Source: Ardenticatenaceae bacterium (lineage in GTDB: Bacteria > Chloroflexota > Anaerolineae > Promineifilales > Promineifilaceae). Taken from it: a DNA stretch of 64,000 bases. A program made the translations under genes and the position numbers. The notes under the pieces were generated by a model. That model was given only the letters and a program-made list of their open reading frames with translations, did not search any database and was not told the origin of the DNA. The DNA is taken from assembly GCA_020634395.1 (NCBI GenBank), contig JACKBU010000014.1:16118-80117 (forward strand), read 5' to 3'. Below, piece after piece: positions 16,098-26,187 of this stretch; position 1 is the first letter of the stretch; the number at the start of each line of letters is the position of its first letter.

Positions 16098-19004
16098 ATG
16101 AGCAAAGAAAAGAATATTATCATCATAGCGGCTTATCAGGCGGTTGAACCAGCTGTGCAAAATTTTGAGGCACTGGTCCAACTCGTCAAAAAGAAGTCGG
16201 TAAAGGCTGATGGCATGATCCTGGTGCAAAAGGACCAGGACGGCCACATAACTGTGAGCGAAACAGGGGACCATCTAGGCCGTAAGGGCGTAGAGTGGGG
16301 CGGAGGCGTTGGCCTGCTCGTGGGTCTCGCCGCACCCCCGCTGCTTACTTCGGTGGCCGTAGGGGCCGCCGCCGGCGCCGTGGTGGGCAAGTTCGCCAAG
16401 CACAAGATCGTCGATAACCTGGAAGGTGGGCTGGGTGAAAATCTCAAGCCGGGGCAGGCCGCCATTTTGGCCATCGTCGCGGAAGGGGATCGCCTCGCGG
16501 CTGAACAGGCATTGGTTGACTCACCGGCCAAATCAGTGGCCGTGATGGATGAGGGCGGCGCTAAAGGTCTCAAGGCGGCTCTGAATGAGGCGCGGGGTAA
16601 ATTCAGTCCGGATCGCACCGTGCTGCCCATCCCTGACCGTAAGTTTGGCGGCGCGATTGCCCGTACGATGGAAGATGCAGTGCCCGATTACAGCTTTATC
16701 CCTGGCCCGCAGCCACCGGAAGGCGCACCCAATGTGCTGCTCGTTTTGATTGACGATGCTGGTTTTGGCGGTCCGGAAGCGTTTGGCGGTGAGATTCATA
16801 CACCAGCGTTGTCGCGGCTGCAAGAGATGGGACTGACGTACAATGCGTTTCACGTAACGGCCGTTTGCTCCCCCACTCGTGCTGCCATGCTAACCGGCCG
16901 CAACCATCACCGCGTGGGCATGGGCGGCATCGCTGAATTCCCCGGCCCCTTCCCCGGTTACACCGGCACGCGGCCACGCACCTGCACCGCGCTGCCCCGT
17001 ATTTTGAAAGAAAACGGCTACGTTACCGGCGGATTCGGTAAGTGGCACATGACCCCCGGTCACGAAATGGGACCGGCCGGGCCATTTGAGCATTGGCCGC
17101 AAGCCTGGGGCTTTGACCATTGGTGGGGCTTCCTCACCGGTGCGGCTGGCCAGTATGATCCGATCATCACGCAGGACAACTCCGTTCTCGGTGTGCCTGA
17201 AGGCAAAGACGGCGAGTTATACTACTTTCCCGATGACATTACCGATAAAAGCATCGAGTGGCTGCACAGCGTTCGTGCCCATAACGCCCACAAGCCCTGG
17301 TTCCTTTATTACTCCACCGGAGCGACCCACGCCCCGCATCATGTGGGTAAAGAGTGGGCGGACAAATACAAAGGTCAATTCGATGATGGCTGGGATGCCT
17401 ACCGCGAAAGAACCCTGGAACGCCAGAAGAAACTGGGCATTGTGCCAGCAGACACCGAACTGGCCCCTCGTCCCGATCCCTATCCCGCCTGGGACACCCT
17501 CACCGATGCGGAAAAGAAACTATACGCCCGCCAGATGGAAGTCTTCGCTGGCTTCTCAGAGAATGCCGACTGGAATATAAACCGGCTGATTGACGAAGTT
17601 GAAGCGATGGGTGAGTTAGAAAACACCCTCATCGTCTACATCTGGGGTGACAATGGCTCCAGCATGGAAGGCACCACCACCGGCTCCTTCAACGAAACCA
17701 CCTTTTTCAACGGCATTGTCCTCAATGCCGAAGAGCAGTTGGCGTTGATCGAGAAATGGGGCGGCATTGAAGAACTTGGCGGTGAGTACACCGCCCCGCA
17801 TTTTGCGGCGGCCTGGGCCCATGCCAACAACACCCCCTTCCAATGGGGCAAGCAGATGGCCAGCCATCTGGGTGGTACGCGCGATCCGATGGTCATTGCC
17901 TGGCCAAACCACATCAAACCCGACAGCAAAATCCGCAGCCAGTTTACGCACTGCATTGACGTGGCGCCCACCATTCTGGAAGCCATCGGCATTCCCGAAC
18001 CAAAGATGGTTGACGGCATCGAGCAAGAACCGATGGATGGCACCAGCTTTGCCTACACCTTTGAAGATGCAGAGGCAGAAGAACGTCATACGGTGCAATA
18101 CTTTGAGATGTACGGCAGCCGCGCCATCTACAAGGATGGCTGGTGGGCCTGTGCCCGGCTGGATAAGCTGCCCTGGGATTTCTCGCCGACGACGCTGGCG
18201 CGTTTCAAACCGGGCAGTGGTTACAATCCGGACGATGATCCCTGGGAACTCTACTACCTGCCCGACGATTTCAGCCAGGCCAAGAATCTGGCGGACGAGC
18301 AGCCGGAGAAACTGGCGGAACTGAAGGAACTGTTCTGGCAGGAGGCAGAGCGTAACCGGGCGCTGCCGTTGTTGGGCGGTCTCTCCGTGTTCTTTGGCAT
18401 CTTGCCGCCGATGGACACAACCACGCGCTTCAACTTTGCCGGTGACGTGCAGAATGTGTCTACGACGGTGATTCCGCGCATTTACGGCCGTTCCTACGCC
18501 ATCGAAGCAGAACTGGAAGTGCCGGAAGAAGGGGCTGAAGGTGTCTTGTGTGCCTTCGCCGACTTCATCGGCGGCTTCGCGCTGTGGGTTGATGAAAATG
18601 GCCACCTCGTTCACACCTACCAGTTCCTGGGCATCGACACCTACAAGCAAGTTTCCACCGAGCCAATCCCGACCGGCAATGTCACCGTGAAAATGCTGTT
18701 TGAGATTGATGAGCCAAAACCAGGGGCCGGCGGCAACGTCACCCTGTGGGCCAACGACAAGCAGATTGGCGAAGGCCGGATGCCCCATTCCGTGGCCATG
18801 TTGTTCACAACCTATGCCGGTATGGACATGGGTCGCGACAATGGCGGCGTTGTAGATCTGGATTATGAGGACAAAGCGCCCTACGCCTTTACCGGCAAGT
18901 TGAAGAATGTGGTCTTTGACCTGAAACCGGCGCACATGGAAGCGGAGAAAGCGCTGCATGAACATCGCGCCATCCACGAAGTGGCGGCAGGTGTGGCCGG
19001 TTAG
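16098..19004 (+). CDS. fusion protein: N-terminal DUF1269-like domain (copy 3) + Cys-type arylsulfatase
   Basis: ATG 16098 preceded by AAGGAG. N-terminus IIIIAAYQAVEPAVQNFEALVQLVKKKSVKADGMILVQKDQDGHITV plus zipper GGGVGLLVGLAAPPLLTSVAVGAAAGAVVG. Then LIDDAGFGGPEAFGG and CSPTRAAMLTGRNHH. Confidence 0.8.
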   Translation: MSKEKNIIIIAAYQAVEPAVQNFEALVQLVKKKSVKADGMILVQKDQDGHITVSETGDHLGRKGVEWGGGVGLLVGLAAPPLLTSVAVGAAAGAVVGKFAKHKIVDNLEGGLGENLKPGQAAILAIVAEGDRLAAEQALVDSPAKSVAVMDEGGAKGLKAALNEARGKFSPDRTVLPIPDRKFGGAIARTMEDAVPDYSFIPGPQPPEGAPNVLLVLIDDAGFGGPEAFGGEIHTPALSRLQEMGLTYNAFHVTAVCSPTRAAMLTGRNHHRVGMGGIAEFPGPFPGYTGTRPRTCTALPRILKENGYVTGGFGKWHMTPGHEMGPAGPFEHWPQAWGFDHWWGFLTGAAGQYDPIITQDNSVLGVPEGKDGELYYFPDDITDKSIEWLHSVRAHNAHKPWFLYYSTGATHAPHHVGKEWADKYKGQFDDGWDAYRERTLERQKKLGIVPADTELAPRPDPYPAWDTLTDAEKKLYARQMEVFAGFSENADWNINRLIDEVEAMGELENTLIVYIWGDNGSSMEGTTTGSFNETTFFNGIVLNAEEQLALIEKWGGIEELGGEYTAPHFAAAWAHANNTPFQWGKQMASHLGGTRDPMVIAWPNHIKPDSKIRSQFTHCIDVAPTILEAIGIPEPKMVDGIEQEPMDGTSFAYTFEDAEAEERHTVQYFEMYGSRAIYKDGWWACARLDKLPWDFSPTTLARFKPGSGYNPDDDPWELYYLPDDFSQAKNLADEQPEKLAELKELFWQEAERNRALPLLGGLSVFFGILPPMDTTTRFNFAGDVQNVSTTVIPRIYGRSYAIEAELEVPEEGAEGVLCAFADFIGGFALWVDENGHLVHTYQFLGIDTYKQVSTEPIPTGNVTVKMLFEIDEPKPGAGGNVTLWANDKQIGEGRMPHSVAMLFTTYAGMDMGRDNGGVVDLDYEDKAPYAFTGKLKNVVFDLKPAHMEAEKALHEHRAIHEVAAGVAG

Positions 19005-19111
19005 GGATTTCGTTAAAAACGTTTATTAAAGGCCTGGCAGGTTGACAGGTTGAGGATCACTTTGGCACCCAACCTGCCAGGTCAGCGATTCTGATAGAAG
19101 GAGAAAAAATC

Positions 19112-19684
19112 ATGACAACAGCAGTTTCGGCTTCGAGTTCGCCCACCGCAATGGCCACCAGAGCACGTCCCTGGTGGTTGCTGCTGATGCAAGGGATCGC
19201 CGCCGTCATCATTGGCGCGGTGCTGCTTTGGGCACCAGCCAAGACAAAGGTAGAGACCTGGCAGTTATTGGTGGCTCTGTTGGGTATTTATTGGGTCATT
19301 GCCGGGATTTTTGATCTGGTCCATATGTTCACTGACCATACCGGCTGGGGATGGAAGCTGTTCATGGGCCTCATCAGCATTATGGCCGGGGGCTATATTT
19401 TAATGTATCCGGTAGCGGCGGCCGTTGGTTTGCCACGCATTTTTGTACTGGTGTTGGGCATTTGGGGCCTGCTCCAGGGGATTGTGGCGCTGGTCCTGGC
19501 CTTCCGCGGCGGCGGTTGGGGTCTTGGCATTCTGGGTGTAGTGGGCATCGTCTTTGGCGGCTTCCTGATTGCGAACTACACGGCGCCTGGCGCGGGGTTA
19601 ACCTTCATCTGGGCGGCGGCCATTTGGGGGCTTATCGGCGGCGCCATCATGATTGTTCAGGCGTTCAGGCAGCGTTCAGCCTGA
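19112..19684 (+). CDS. HdeD/DUF308 family membrane protein
   Basis: GAAGGAG RBS. Six hydrophobic helices and WWLLLMQGIAAVIIGAVLLWAP, typical of DUF308. Confidence 0.7.
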   Translation: MTTAVSASSSPTAMATRARPWWLLLMQGIAAVIIGAVLLWAPAKTKVETWQLLVALLGIYWVIAGIFDLVHMFTDHTGWGWKLFMGLISIMAGGYILMYPVAAAVGLPRIFVLVLGIWGLLQGIVALVLAFRGGGWGLGILGVVGIVFGGFLIANYTAPGAGLTFIWAAAIWGLIGGAIMIVQAFRQRSA

Positions 19685-19694
19685 TCTAAGATTG

Positions 19695-19736
19695 ACCTGT
19701 CAGATTGGTCGGCTCCGTCAACGAATCTGACAGGTC
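19695..19736 (+). terminator. intrinsic terminator
   Basis: ACCTGTCAGATT ... AATCTGACAGGT followed by CTTCTTTATTT. Confidence 0.7.
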
Positions 19737-19861
19737 TTCTTTATTTATGTCAATGTTTCGGATGGATGCGCCAATGGTTGCAGTTGAACTGCGTAGCCTA
19801 CGGCGGCAGCGTATGGTAAAGTGAAGGTTACTCTGACACCAAGTCATCAGAGGGTTGGCGT

Positions 19862-20248
19862 ATGGAACCTGTTAAAGAAGCTGAAATCGTAGGCAAAAAC
19901 ATCCGTACCATTCGTCCTATTCAGAGATTCTTGTTGTTGGATGTGCTGCGTGACAAAGATTCGCGCCTTATTTTCTATTGGGCATTAGCCGTGTTGATCA
20001 TTGGCACATGGATTTACCACTGACTGGAAGGTTGGAGCTATCTGGACTCCTTTTATTTTTGTGTCATTAGTCTGGCGACGATTGGCTATGGCGACCTGAC
20101 CCCGACGACACCTGTGGCCAAGCTTTTTACCATCGCTTATGTGGTCAACGGCATTGCCATTCTGTTGGCCTTGTTCGACCGGGTGCGTGTGGTACGCACC
20201 AATTGGTCGGGTGAGCCAATAGTGTTGGAAACACATAATGATTCGTGA
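19862..20248 (+). pseudogene. two-TM K+ channel (TIGYGD pore) interrupted by an in-frame TGA at 20021-20023
   Basis: My translation: MEPVKEAEIVGKNIRTIRPIQRFLLLDVLRDKDSRLIFYWALAVLIIGTWIYH*LEGWSYLDSFYFCVISLATIGYGDLTPTTPVAKLFTIAYVVNGIAILLALF... The same frame continues across the stop. Confidence 0.7.
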
Positions 20249-20299
20249 TGTCAGAACGGCCGTTACAAAACTGTAAGGCCAGAGGGAAAAGAGAAAGCG

Positions 20300-21949
20300 A
20301 TGACGTCTGAAAAAGAAAAAGTAGATGACAATGGGGAGGGTGCACCTGAACGGGCCGGGCTTGTTCTGGCCACCCTTATTATCGTGGCTGCCGTGGCGAA
20401 CCTGCCTCTGGCGATGGCCAACGTCGCCCTGCCTTCCATCGGCGCATACTTCAACGCTTCTCAGACGCAGCTTAACCTGGTAGCGGTCTCCTATTCGCTG
20501 GGGCTGGCTTGCTCGGTATTATGGCTGGGGGCATTGGGCGATCGTTACGGCCGTAAACTTTTGCTCATACTTGGCGTCACCCTGGCCATCCCTGCCGCGC
20601 TGATCAGTGGGCTGGCGCCAAGCATCGAAGTATTAATCTTTGGGCGGCTTTTTGGCGGTTTTGCGGCTGGTATGGCCTATCCCACCACTCTCTCGCTGAT
20701 CACGGCTCTGTGGGCGCCGGGGCCGCCACGCACCCGGGCCATTGCCTTGTGGGCGGCCATTGGCGGGGCAATCTCTGTGTCAGGGCCGCTCCTGTCCGGA
20801 CTTCTGCTGCAATCACTATACTGGGGTTCGGTGTTTTTGATCGTGTTGCCGCTGGCGATAGTTGCCCTTCTGATGGCCTTGAAGTTTGTTCCGGCACACG
20901 TCAATGAGGCAGACGAGGCCGTCGACAATATGGGGGGTATCTTCTCCGTTGTCCTGATTGCCACATTTGTCCTGGCTCTCAACTTTTTGCCTGTTGCCGA
21001 TTATCGTACGTTTGCCCTGGTTTTGCTGCTCATATCGGCCGTCACGACGGCGCTTTTTGTGTGGCAACAGCGCCGCGCTGCAAATCCTCTGTACGATTTA
21101 AAGGTGGCCGGACGGCGCACCTTTTGGGTGGCGGCCGTGGCGGGCATTATCGTTTTTGGCTCTTTGATGGGCGCTATGTTTATCGGGCAGCAGTTTCTGC
21201 AAAACGTTCTGGCCTATTCGACCCTCAACGCCGGTCTGGCCGTCCTTCCCGCCGGTATCTGCATGATTTTGGTGGCGCCGCGTTCGGCCAAAATTGTTGA
21301 GGCGCGTGGCTCTCGCCTGACCCTTCTTGGTGGATATGTATTTATTCTGTTGGGGTTCTTGGCGATGCTCTTTCTTTGGAAGGAAAACATCTCCTATTTG
21401 TACGTGGGGCTGGCCTACGCCCTGGTAGGTATCGGCATTGGCCTGGCCGGCACGCCTGCCTCACGGTCGCTGACCGGGTCTGTGCCGATTACCCGTGCCG
21501 GTATGGCATCCGGAACGGCCGATCTCCAACGTGACCTGGGCGGCGCGATGTTTCAATCTTTTTTTGGCGCGTTGTTGGCTGCAGGGTATACAAGCGCCAT
21601 CGCCGTTCAGTTAGCGGCGTATCCGGATGCCGCCACCGTACCAGCCAGTGTGAGCAGTTCTATGGAGTTGTCTTTTGCTGGGGCACAGGCGGTAGCGGCG
21701 CAATATCCGCAGTATGCAGCCCAGATTACGGCGGCGGCGAAAGCCGCATTTCTGCAAGGGGATCAGTATGCTTATCTCGCCGGTATCATCGCGGTGTTGG
21801 GTGGCGCGGCATTGGTGTTTTTCCTGTTTCCCAAACACGAGGAGGAACAGAAAATGCTGGCGGAGTTTCATGCTGCCGATATGGCGCCCAAAACGGCCGT
21901 TCCGCCCGATGCAAGTGCCGGTATGCCCCAGCAGCCAGCATCGTTATAG
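20300..21949 (+). CDS. MFS transporter (DHA2-like, about 14 TMS)
   Basis: 549 aa. ALPSIGAYFNASQTQLNLVAVSYSLGLA...GALGDRYGRK MFS motif and many hydrophobic helices. Confidence 0.85.
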   Translation: MTSEKEKVDDNGEGAPERAGLVLATLIIVAAVANLPLAMANVALPSIGAYFNASQTQLNLVAVSYSLGLACSVLWLGALGDRYGRKLLLILGVTLAIPAALISGLAPSIEVLIFGRLFGGFAAGMAYPTTLSLITALWAPGPPRTRAIALWAAIGGAISVSGPLLSGLLLQSLYWGSVFLIVLPLAIVALLMALKFVPAHVNEADEAVDNMGGIFSVVLIATFVLALNFLPVADYRTFALVLLLISAVTTALFVWQQRRAANPLYDLKVAGRRTFWVAAVAGIIVFGSLMGAMFIGQQFLQNVLAYSTLNAGLAVLPAGICMILVAPRSAKIVEARGSRLTLLGGYVFILLGFLAMLFLWKENISYLYVGLAYALVGIGIGLAGTPASRSLTGSVPITRAGMASGTADLQRDLGGAMFQSFFGALLAAGYTSAIAVQLAAYPDAATVPASVSSSMELSFAGAQAVAAQYPQYAAQITAAAKAAFLQGDQYAYLAGIIAVLGGAALVFFLFPKHEEEQKMLAEFHAADMAPKTAVPPDASAGMPQQPASL

Positions 21950-21989
21950 GCAAAAATGCGTGCTTTGCCTGAATTGAAGGAGGATTTCC

Positions 21990-23702
21990 ATGACTGATAC
22001 AGCAATAAGCAGCCCGAATACTACGGAAACAAAGCAGCCGCAGCGTCAGGGCTTTGTTCCGAATGTCATCTCTGGCCTGGCGACCGGACTCTTCAGCATT
22101 CCCGAGGGTATGGCCTATGCTCAGTTGGCCGGCGTTAATCCGGTTTATGGTTTGTATTCCGGCATCGTGAGCACCCTCGTGGCCTCGCTGAGTACCGGCA
22201 CCGTCCTGATGATGAGCACCCTCACCAGTGCCATTGCCCTGGCGACGGCCAGCGTCTTGCAGGTGTCGGGGATACAAGACAGCCAGATGCCGCAGGCCTT
22301 GTTCACCATTACCTTTCTGGTGGGAACGATCATGTTCGTGTTGGGAATTTTCCGGCTGGGCAGCATTGTCAACTTTGTCTCCAATGCGGTCATGACCGGC
22401 TTTGTGGCTGGAGCGTCCCTGCTGATTATTCTCGGCCAGGAGCATCACCTGACCGGGTACAGTCCTGTCGGAGCTAACCAGTGGCAAAAGACGGTTAACT
22501 GGCTGCAAAACGTTTCCCAGTGGGATGGTACGACAGTGGCCGTGTCGGTGGCTGTAATCATTTTTATGGTGGTTCTTAAGCGTGTGCGTGCCCTGGAGAA
22601 GTTTGCGCCGATCATCGTGCTGGTGGTGGCCTCGCTTGTCGTCAACTTCTTCCATATCCAGACGGAGTTAGTAGGCAGCATTGCCACGATTCCCAACAGT
22701 TTGCCCATGTTTATACTGCCAAACTTTAGCCTGATTCCCACATTGGCGTTGGGTTCCGTATCGGTGGCGCTGGTGGCGTTGGCGCAGGGGGCAGGCATCA
22801 GCACGGCCGTTCCCAATCCCGACGGCAGCAAAGCCAGCCAATCACGCGACTTTGTAGGCGAAGGGTTGGGTAATCTGGCTGGCAGCTTCTTCCAGTCCAT
22901 GGCCACCGGCGGTTCTCTGTCCCGCACCGGCATCAGTGTGGGAGCCGGGGCAAACAGCCGGTTGGGCGGTGTTTTTGCCGGTCTCTGGCTCGGGCTAATT
23001 GTGCTGTTGTTTGGCAGCTATGCCGAGAAAGTCCCTCTGGCTGTCATCGGTGGTATGCTGGTGGTCGTGGGCATAGAGCTTATCGTGGCGCGTGTACCCA
23101 GCGCTCGCCTGGTATTAAAAACCAGTGACTGGGGATCAATTGCCGCCATGGCTATCACGTTCTTTTCTGCCTTGTTCATTCCTCTGCAGTTCACAATTTT
23201 TCTGGGGGCGCTACTGTCGCTGCTGCTCTACGTGGTGGCGTCGTCCCACAAACTGCGCGTGCGGCAGGCGGCCCGGTTGGATGACGGGGGATGGGAGATG
23301 CAAGATGCGCCAACAGAGCTAAAGTCCCATCGGGCAAATATTCTGGTGGTGCAAGGTTTGGATTTCTTTGCCGAAGTTCCTGTGCTTGAAGATGCTTTGC
23401 CTACGGCGCGAGGGGTAACGGGTGCCGTTGTGGTGCTGATCATCCGTGACATGCAGCATATTACGAGCACGGCCATCAGGTTCATGGAAAGATTTGTTGA
23501 ACAACTACAGGCGAACGGCAGCCTGCTCATCCTGGCTGACGTCAATCCGGCTGTCCTAAGCGCTTTGGAGCGCAGCGGCGCGTTGGAAGCCATTGGTGCA
23601 GAAAACGTCATTCCGGCAACCAACCGCATACTGGCTGCGGAAGAAACGGCCTGGGAAATGGCGCAAAAATGGCTGCAACAAAAAGAAACGGCCGACCAGT
23701 AA
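21990..23702 (+). CDS. SulP family anion permease with C-terminal STAS domain
   Basis: GAAGGAGG RBS. GLATGLFSIPEGMAYAQLAGVNPVYGLY. STAS-like tail with ILVVQGLDFFAEV. Confidence 0.9.
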   Translation: MTDTAISSPNTTETKQPQRQGFVPNVISGLATGLFSIPEGMAYAQLAGVNPVYGLYSGIVSTLVASLSTGTVLMMSTLTSAIALATASVLQVSGIQDSQMPQALFTITFLVGTIMFVLGIFRLGSIVNFVSNAVMTGFVAGASLLIILGQEHHLTGYSPVGANQWQKTVNWLQNVSQWDGTTVAVSVAVIIFMVVLKRVRALEKFAPIIVLVVASLVVNFFHIQTELVGSIATIPNSLPMFILPNFSLIPTLALGSVSVALVALAQGAGISTAVPNPDGSKASQSRDFVGEGLGNLAGSFFQSMATGGSLSRTGISVGAGANSRLGGVFAGLWLGLIVLLFGSYAEKVPLAVIGGMLVVVGIELIVARVPSARLVLKTSDWGSIAAMAITFFSALFIPLQFTIFLGALLSLLLYVVASSHKLRVRQAARLDDGGWEMQDAPTELKSHRANILVVQGLDFFAEVPVLEDALPTARGVTGAVVVLIIRDMQHITSTAIRFMERFVEQLQANGSLLILADVNPAVLSALERSGALEAIGAENVIPATNRILAAEETAWEMAQKWLQQKETADQ

Positions 23703-23727
23703 CTTGACCAGTAACTTGAGAGCGGGA

Positions 23728-25413
23728 TTGAAGGCCATAACAGCTTCCGCGGGTGAACAACACCAACAAGGATTGGTTGCCAACATCTTATCAGGGTTGG
23801 CAACCAGTCTGTTTATTGTTCCTACCGGGCTGGCATATGCACAGCTTGCAGGCGTAAATCCTATCTATGGCCTGTACGCGGGTATTGTTCCTGTATTTGT
23901 GGCGGCTCTTGGTACCGGTACGCTGTTAATGATTAGCACATTGACCAGTTCCATTGCTCTGGCGACGGGAAGTGTGCTGCAAGTGGCGGGAATTGGGAGC
24001 AGCCAGATCCCCCAGGCATTATTCACCATCACGTTTTTGGTGGGGGTGATCATGCTGGTGTTGGGGATAGCGCGTTTGGGCAGCATTGTGAATTTTGTTT
24101 CCAACGAGGTGATGACCGGCTTTGTGGCCGGGGCGGCGATGTTGATCATCTTAGGTCAGGAGGCTCACCTGACAGGTTATGCGCCGGTGGGCGAGAATAC
24201 TTTGCAGAAGTTGATCAATTGGCTGCAGAACATCTCCCAGTGGGATGTGACGACGGTGGCTGTTTCTGTGGCGGCGATTGTTTTGATGATGGTCGCCAGG
24301 CGGATTCGGCCTATAGAGAAGTTTGCGGCGATTTTGGTGTTGTTTGTGGGCACGGTGGCTGTTGGATTGTTCAAGATACCGGTTGAGTTGGTAGGGGATA
24401 TTGCCACGATTCCGAACGGCCTGCCGGCAATTGCGCTGCCTGATTTTTCGCTAATAGCGCTGCTTTTGCCCGGCGCGGTGTCGGTGGCGTTTGTGGCGTT
24501 GGCGCAGGGGGCAGCCGTGAACACGGCCGTTCCTAACCCTGATGGTAGTAAGTCCAGCCTGTCACGGGACTTTATCGGTCAGGGATTGGGTAATTTTGTG
24601 GGCAGTTTCTTCCAATCTATGAGTACTGGCGGGGCACTGTCGCAAACGGCCGTTAGCGTGGCCGCGGGCGCCAAATCACGATTGGGTGGTGTTTTTGCCG
24701 GCCTCTGGTTGGGGTTGATTGTGCTCTTATTTGGCAGCCAGGCAGAGAATGTACCGCTGCCCGTCATTGGCGGTATGCTGGTTGTTATTGCGCTCGAGTT
24801 GATTGTGGCGCGCGTGCCCAGCATCCGGCTGGTGCTGCGTGTTAAAGCTGTCGGCGCGATTGGGGCCATGGGGCTGACCTTCTTTTCTGCGCTGTTTATT
24901 CCGCTGCAAGACACAATCTTTCTGGGTGCGCTGCTGTCGCTGCTGCTTTACGTGGTGGCCTCTGCCAGCCATTTTCGCTTACAAGAGGCGGTGCGTTTGG
25001 GCGACGGCCGTTGGCAAATGCACGATGCGCCCCAAGAACTAAAAGCCAATCAGGTGACAGTATTGATCGTACAGGGAATGGATTTCTTTGCCGAAGTACC
25101 ATCCCTGGCCGATGAAATGCCTTTAGCCAAAGAGGTAACCCATGCTGTCGTCATTTTAGTTATCCGTGATATGCGTGATGCGACGAGTACGTGGATTAAG
25201 TGGCTGGAAGGGTACGCGGAAGAGCTGCGTGCGCATGGCAACCTGCTTATTCTGGCGGATGTGGACACGGCCGTCTTCGATACCCTGCGCGCCAGCGGCG
25301 CTCTGGAAGTGATTGGCGAAGAGAATACCTTCCCGGCCACAATGGAGGTGTTGGCCGTGGAAGAAATGGCCTGGCAAGCAGCCCAAAACTGGCTCCAGGC
25401 GCAGTCGGAATAG
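23728..25413 (+). CDS. SulP family anion permease with STAS domain (tandem paralog, start uncertain)
   Basis: Collinear and highly similar to the preceding gene (GLATSLFIVPTGLAYAQLAGVNPIYGLY). The maximal ORF from 23593 overlaps the upstream gene by 110 nt, so TTG at 23716 or 23728 is more likely. Confidence 0.8.
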   Translation: MKAITASAGEQHQQGLVANILSGLATSLFIVPTGLAYAQLAGVNPIYGLYAGIVPVFVAALGTGTLLMISTLTSSIALATGSVLQVAGIGSSQIPQALFTITFLVGVIMLVLGIARLGSIVNFVSNEVMTGFVAGAAMLIILGQEAHLTGYAPVGENTLQKLINWLQNISQWDVTTVAVSVAAIVLMMVARRIRPIEKFAAILVLFVGTVAVGLFKIPVELVGDIATIPNGLPAIALPDFSLIALLLPGAVSVAFVALAQGAAVNTAVPNPDGSKSSLSRDFIGQGLGNFVGSFFQSMSTGGALSQTAVSVAAGAKSRLGGVFAGLWLGLIVLLFGSQAENVPLPVIGGMLVVIALELIVARVPSIRLVLRVKAVGAIGAMGLTFFSALFIPLQDTIFLGALLSLLLYVVASASHFRLQEAVRLGDGRWQMHDAPQELKANQVTVLIVQGMDFFAEVPSLADEMPLAKEVTHAVVILVIRDMRDATSTWIKWLEGYAEELRAHGNLLILADVDTAVFDTLRASGALEVIGEENTFPATMEVLAVEEMAWQAAQNWLQAQSE

Positions 25414-25461
25414 TTTCGACAAGGTATTTTTTGACTACCCAACCTCCAAAGATACAAAACA

Positions 25462-26076
25462 ATGGCTGAAATAACACCTGAACCTATTCAAAAAAAAGCC
25501 GGTTCCTATGTCGCTTTTTGGATTACCCTGGCGCGAGCGGCGCTGGCCGTGGCGTTGGGATTGGCGCTCATACTCCATCCAGATAAAACCCGACCCATGC
25601 TGGTGAACTTTATTGGCATGTTCTGGGTAGCAGCGGGGGCAATGAACTTGCGTTGGAGTATCGCCGGTGAACGTGCCCGCTCATCTTCTATATTGGCCGG
25701 TGTAATCGGCGTTTTGGCCGGCTTGCTGGTATTGGGACGTTTCCTGATCGCGAATGTGGTACACGAGACGTTGTTGGTGCTGACTCTGGGGGGCGTCATT
25801 GTGCTGACGGGGCTGGTCCACATTTTCGAGGGATTTCTGGTAAGCAACGGCGATGGGGAGCAGCGGCCGCAGCGACGGCGTTCCTGGTCGAGCATGCTGC
25901 TGGGTGTTTTGGAAATGGTCCTGGGAACGACCGTTTTGGTGTGGCAGAAAGACTTTGGGCCGGTTTTTTATGCCGTGGCTACAATCTGGGCTTTTTTGGG
26001 GGCTTTTGTGCTGCTGCGCGAAGCATGGGTTAAACGAACGGCTCTGCGAACCAACCGGCTGCGGCCAGGAGGATGA
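25462..26076 (+). CDS. DUF308/HdeD-like membrane protein
   Basis: 204 aa with six hydrophobic helices. Second copy of this family in the window, again directly after sulfur-related genes. Confidence 0.6.
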   Translation: MAEITPEPIQKKAGSYVAFWITLARAALAVALGLALILHPDKTRPMLVNFIGMFWVAAGAMNLRWSIAGERARSSSILAGVIGVLAGLLVLGRFLIANVVHETLLVLTLGGVIVLTGLVHIFEGFLVSNGDGEQRPQRRRSWSSMLLGVLEMVLGTTVLVWQKDFGPVFYAVATIWAFLGAFVLLREAWVKRTALRTNRLRPGG

Positions 26077-26187
26077 ATCTGGTTTAGACACAAGGACAAC
26101 GATCCGGAGAGGCGTTTGGCGTAAGCCCACTACTTTGCTAAAATCGGAAGAAGTTGGGAAGCATTTGCACAGCAAGCAAGGTAATTA

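Noticed and set aside
20021-20023. Selenocysteine or programmed recoding at the in-frame TGA of the K+ channel
   Set aside because: I saw no convincing SECIS-like stem immediately downstream, and the position is not a redox site. A Trp to stop mutation or a sequencing error is more parsimonious. The case is kept as a finding to be checked.
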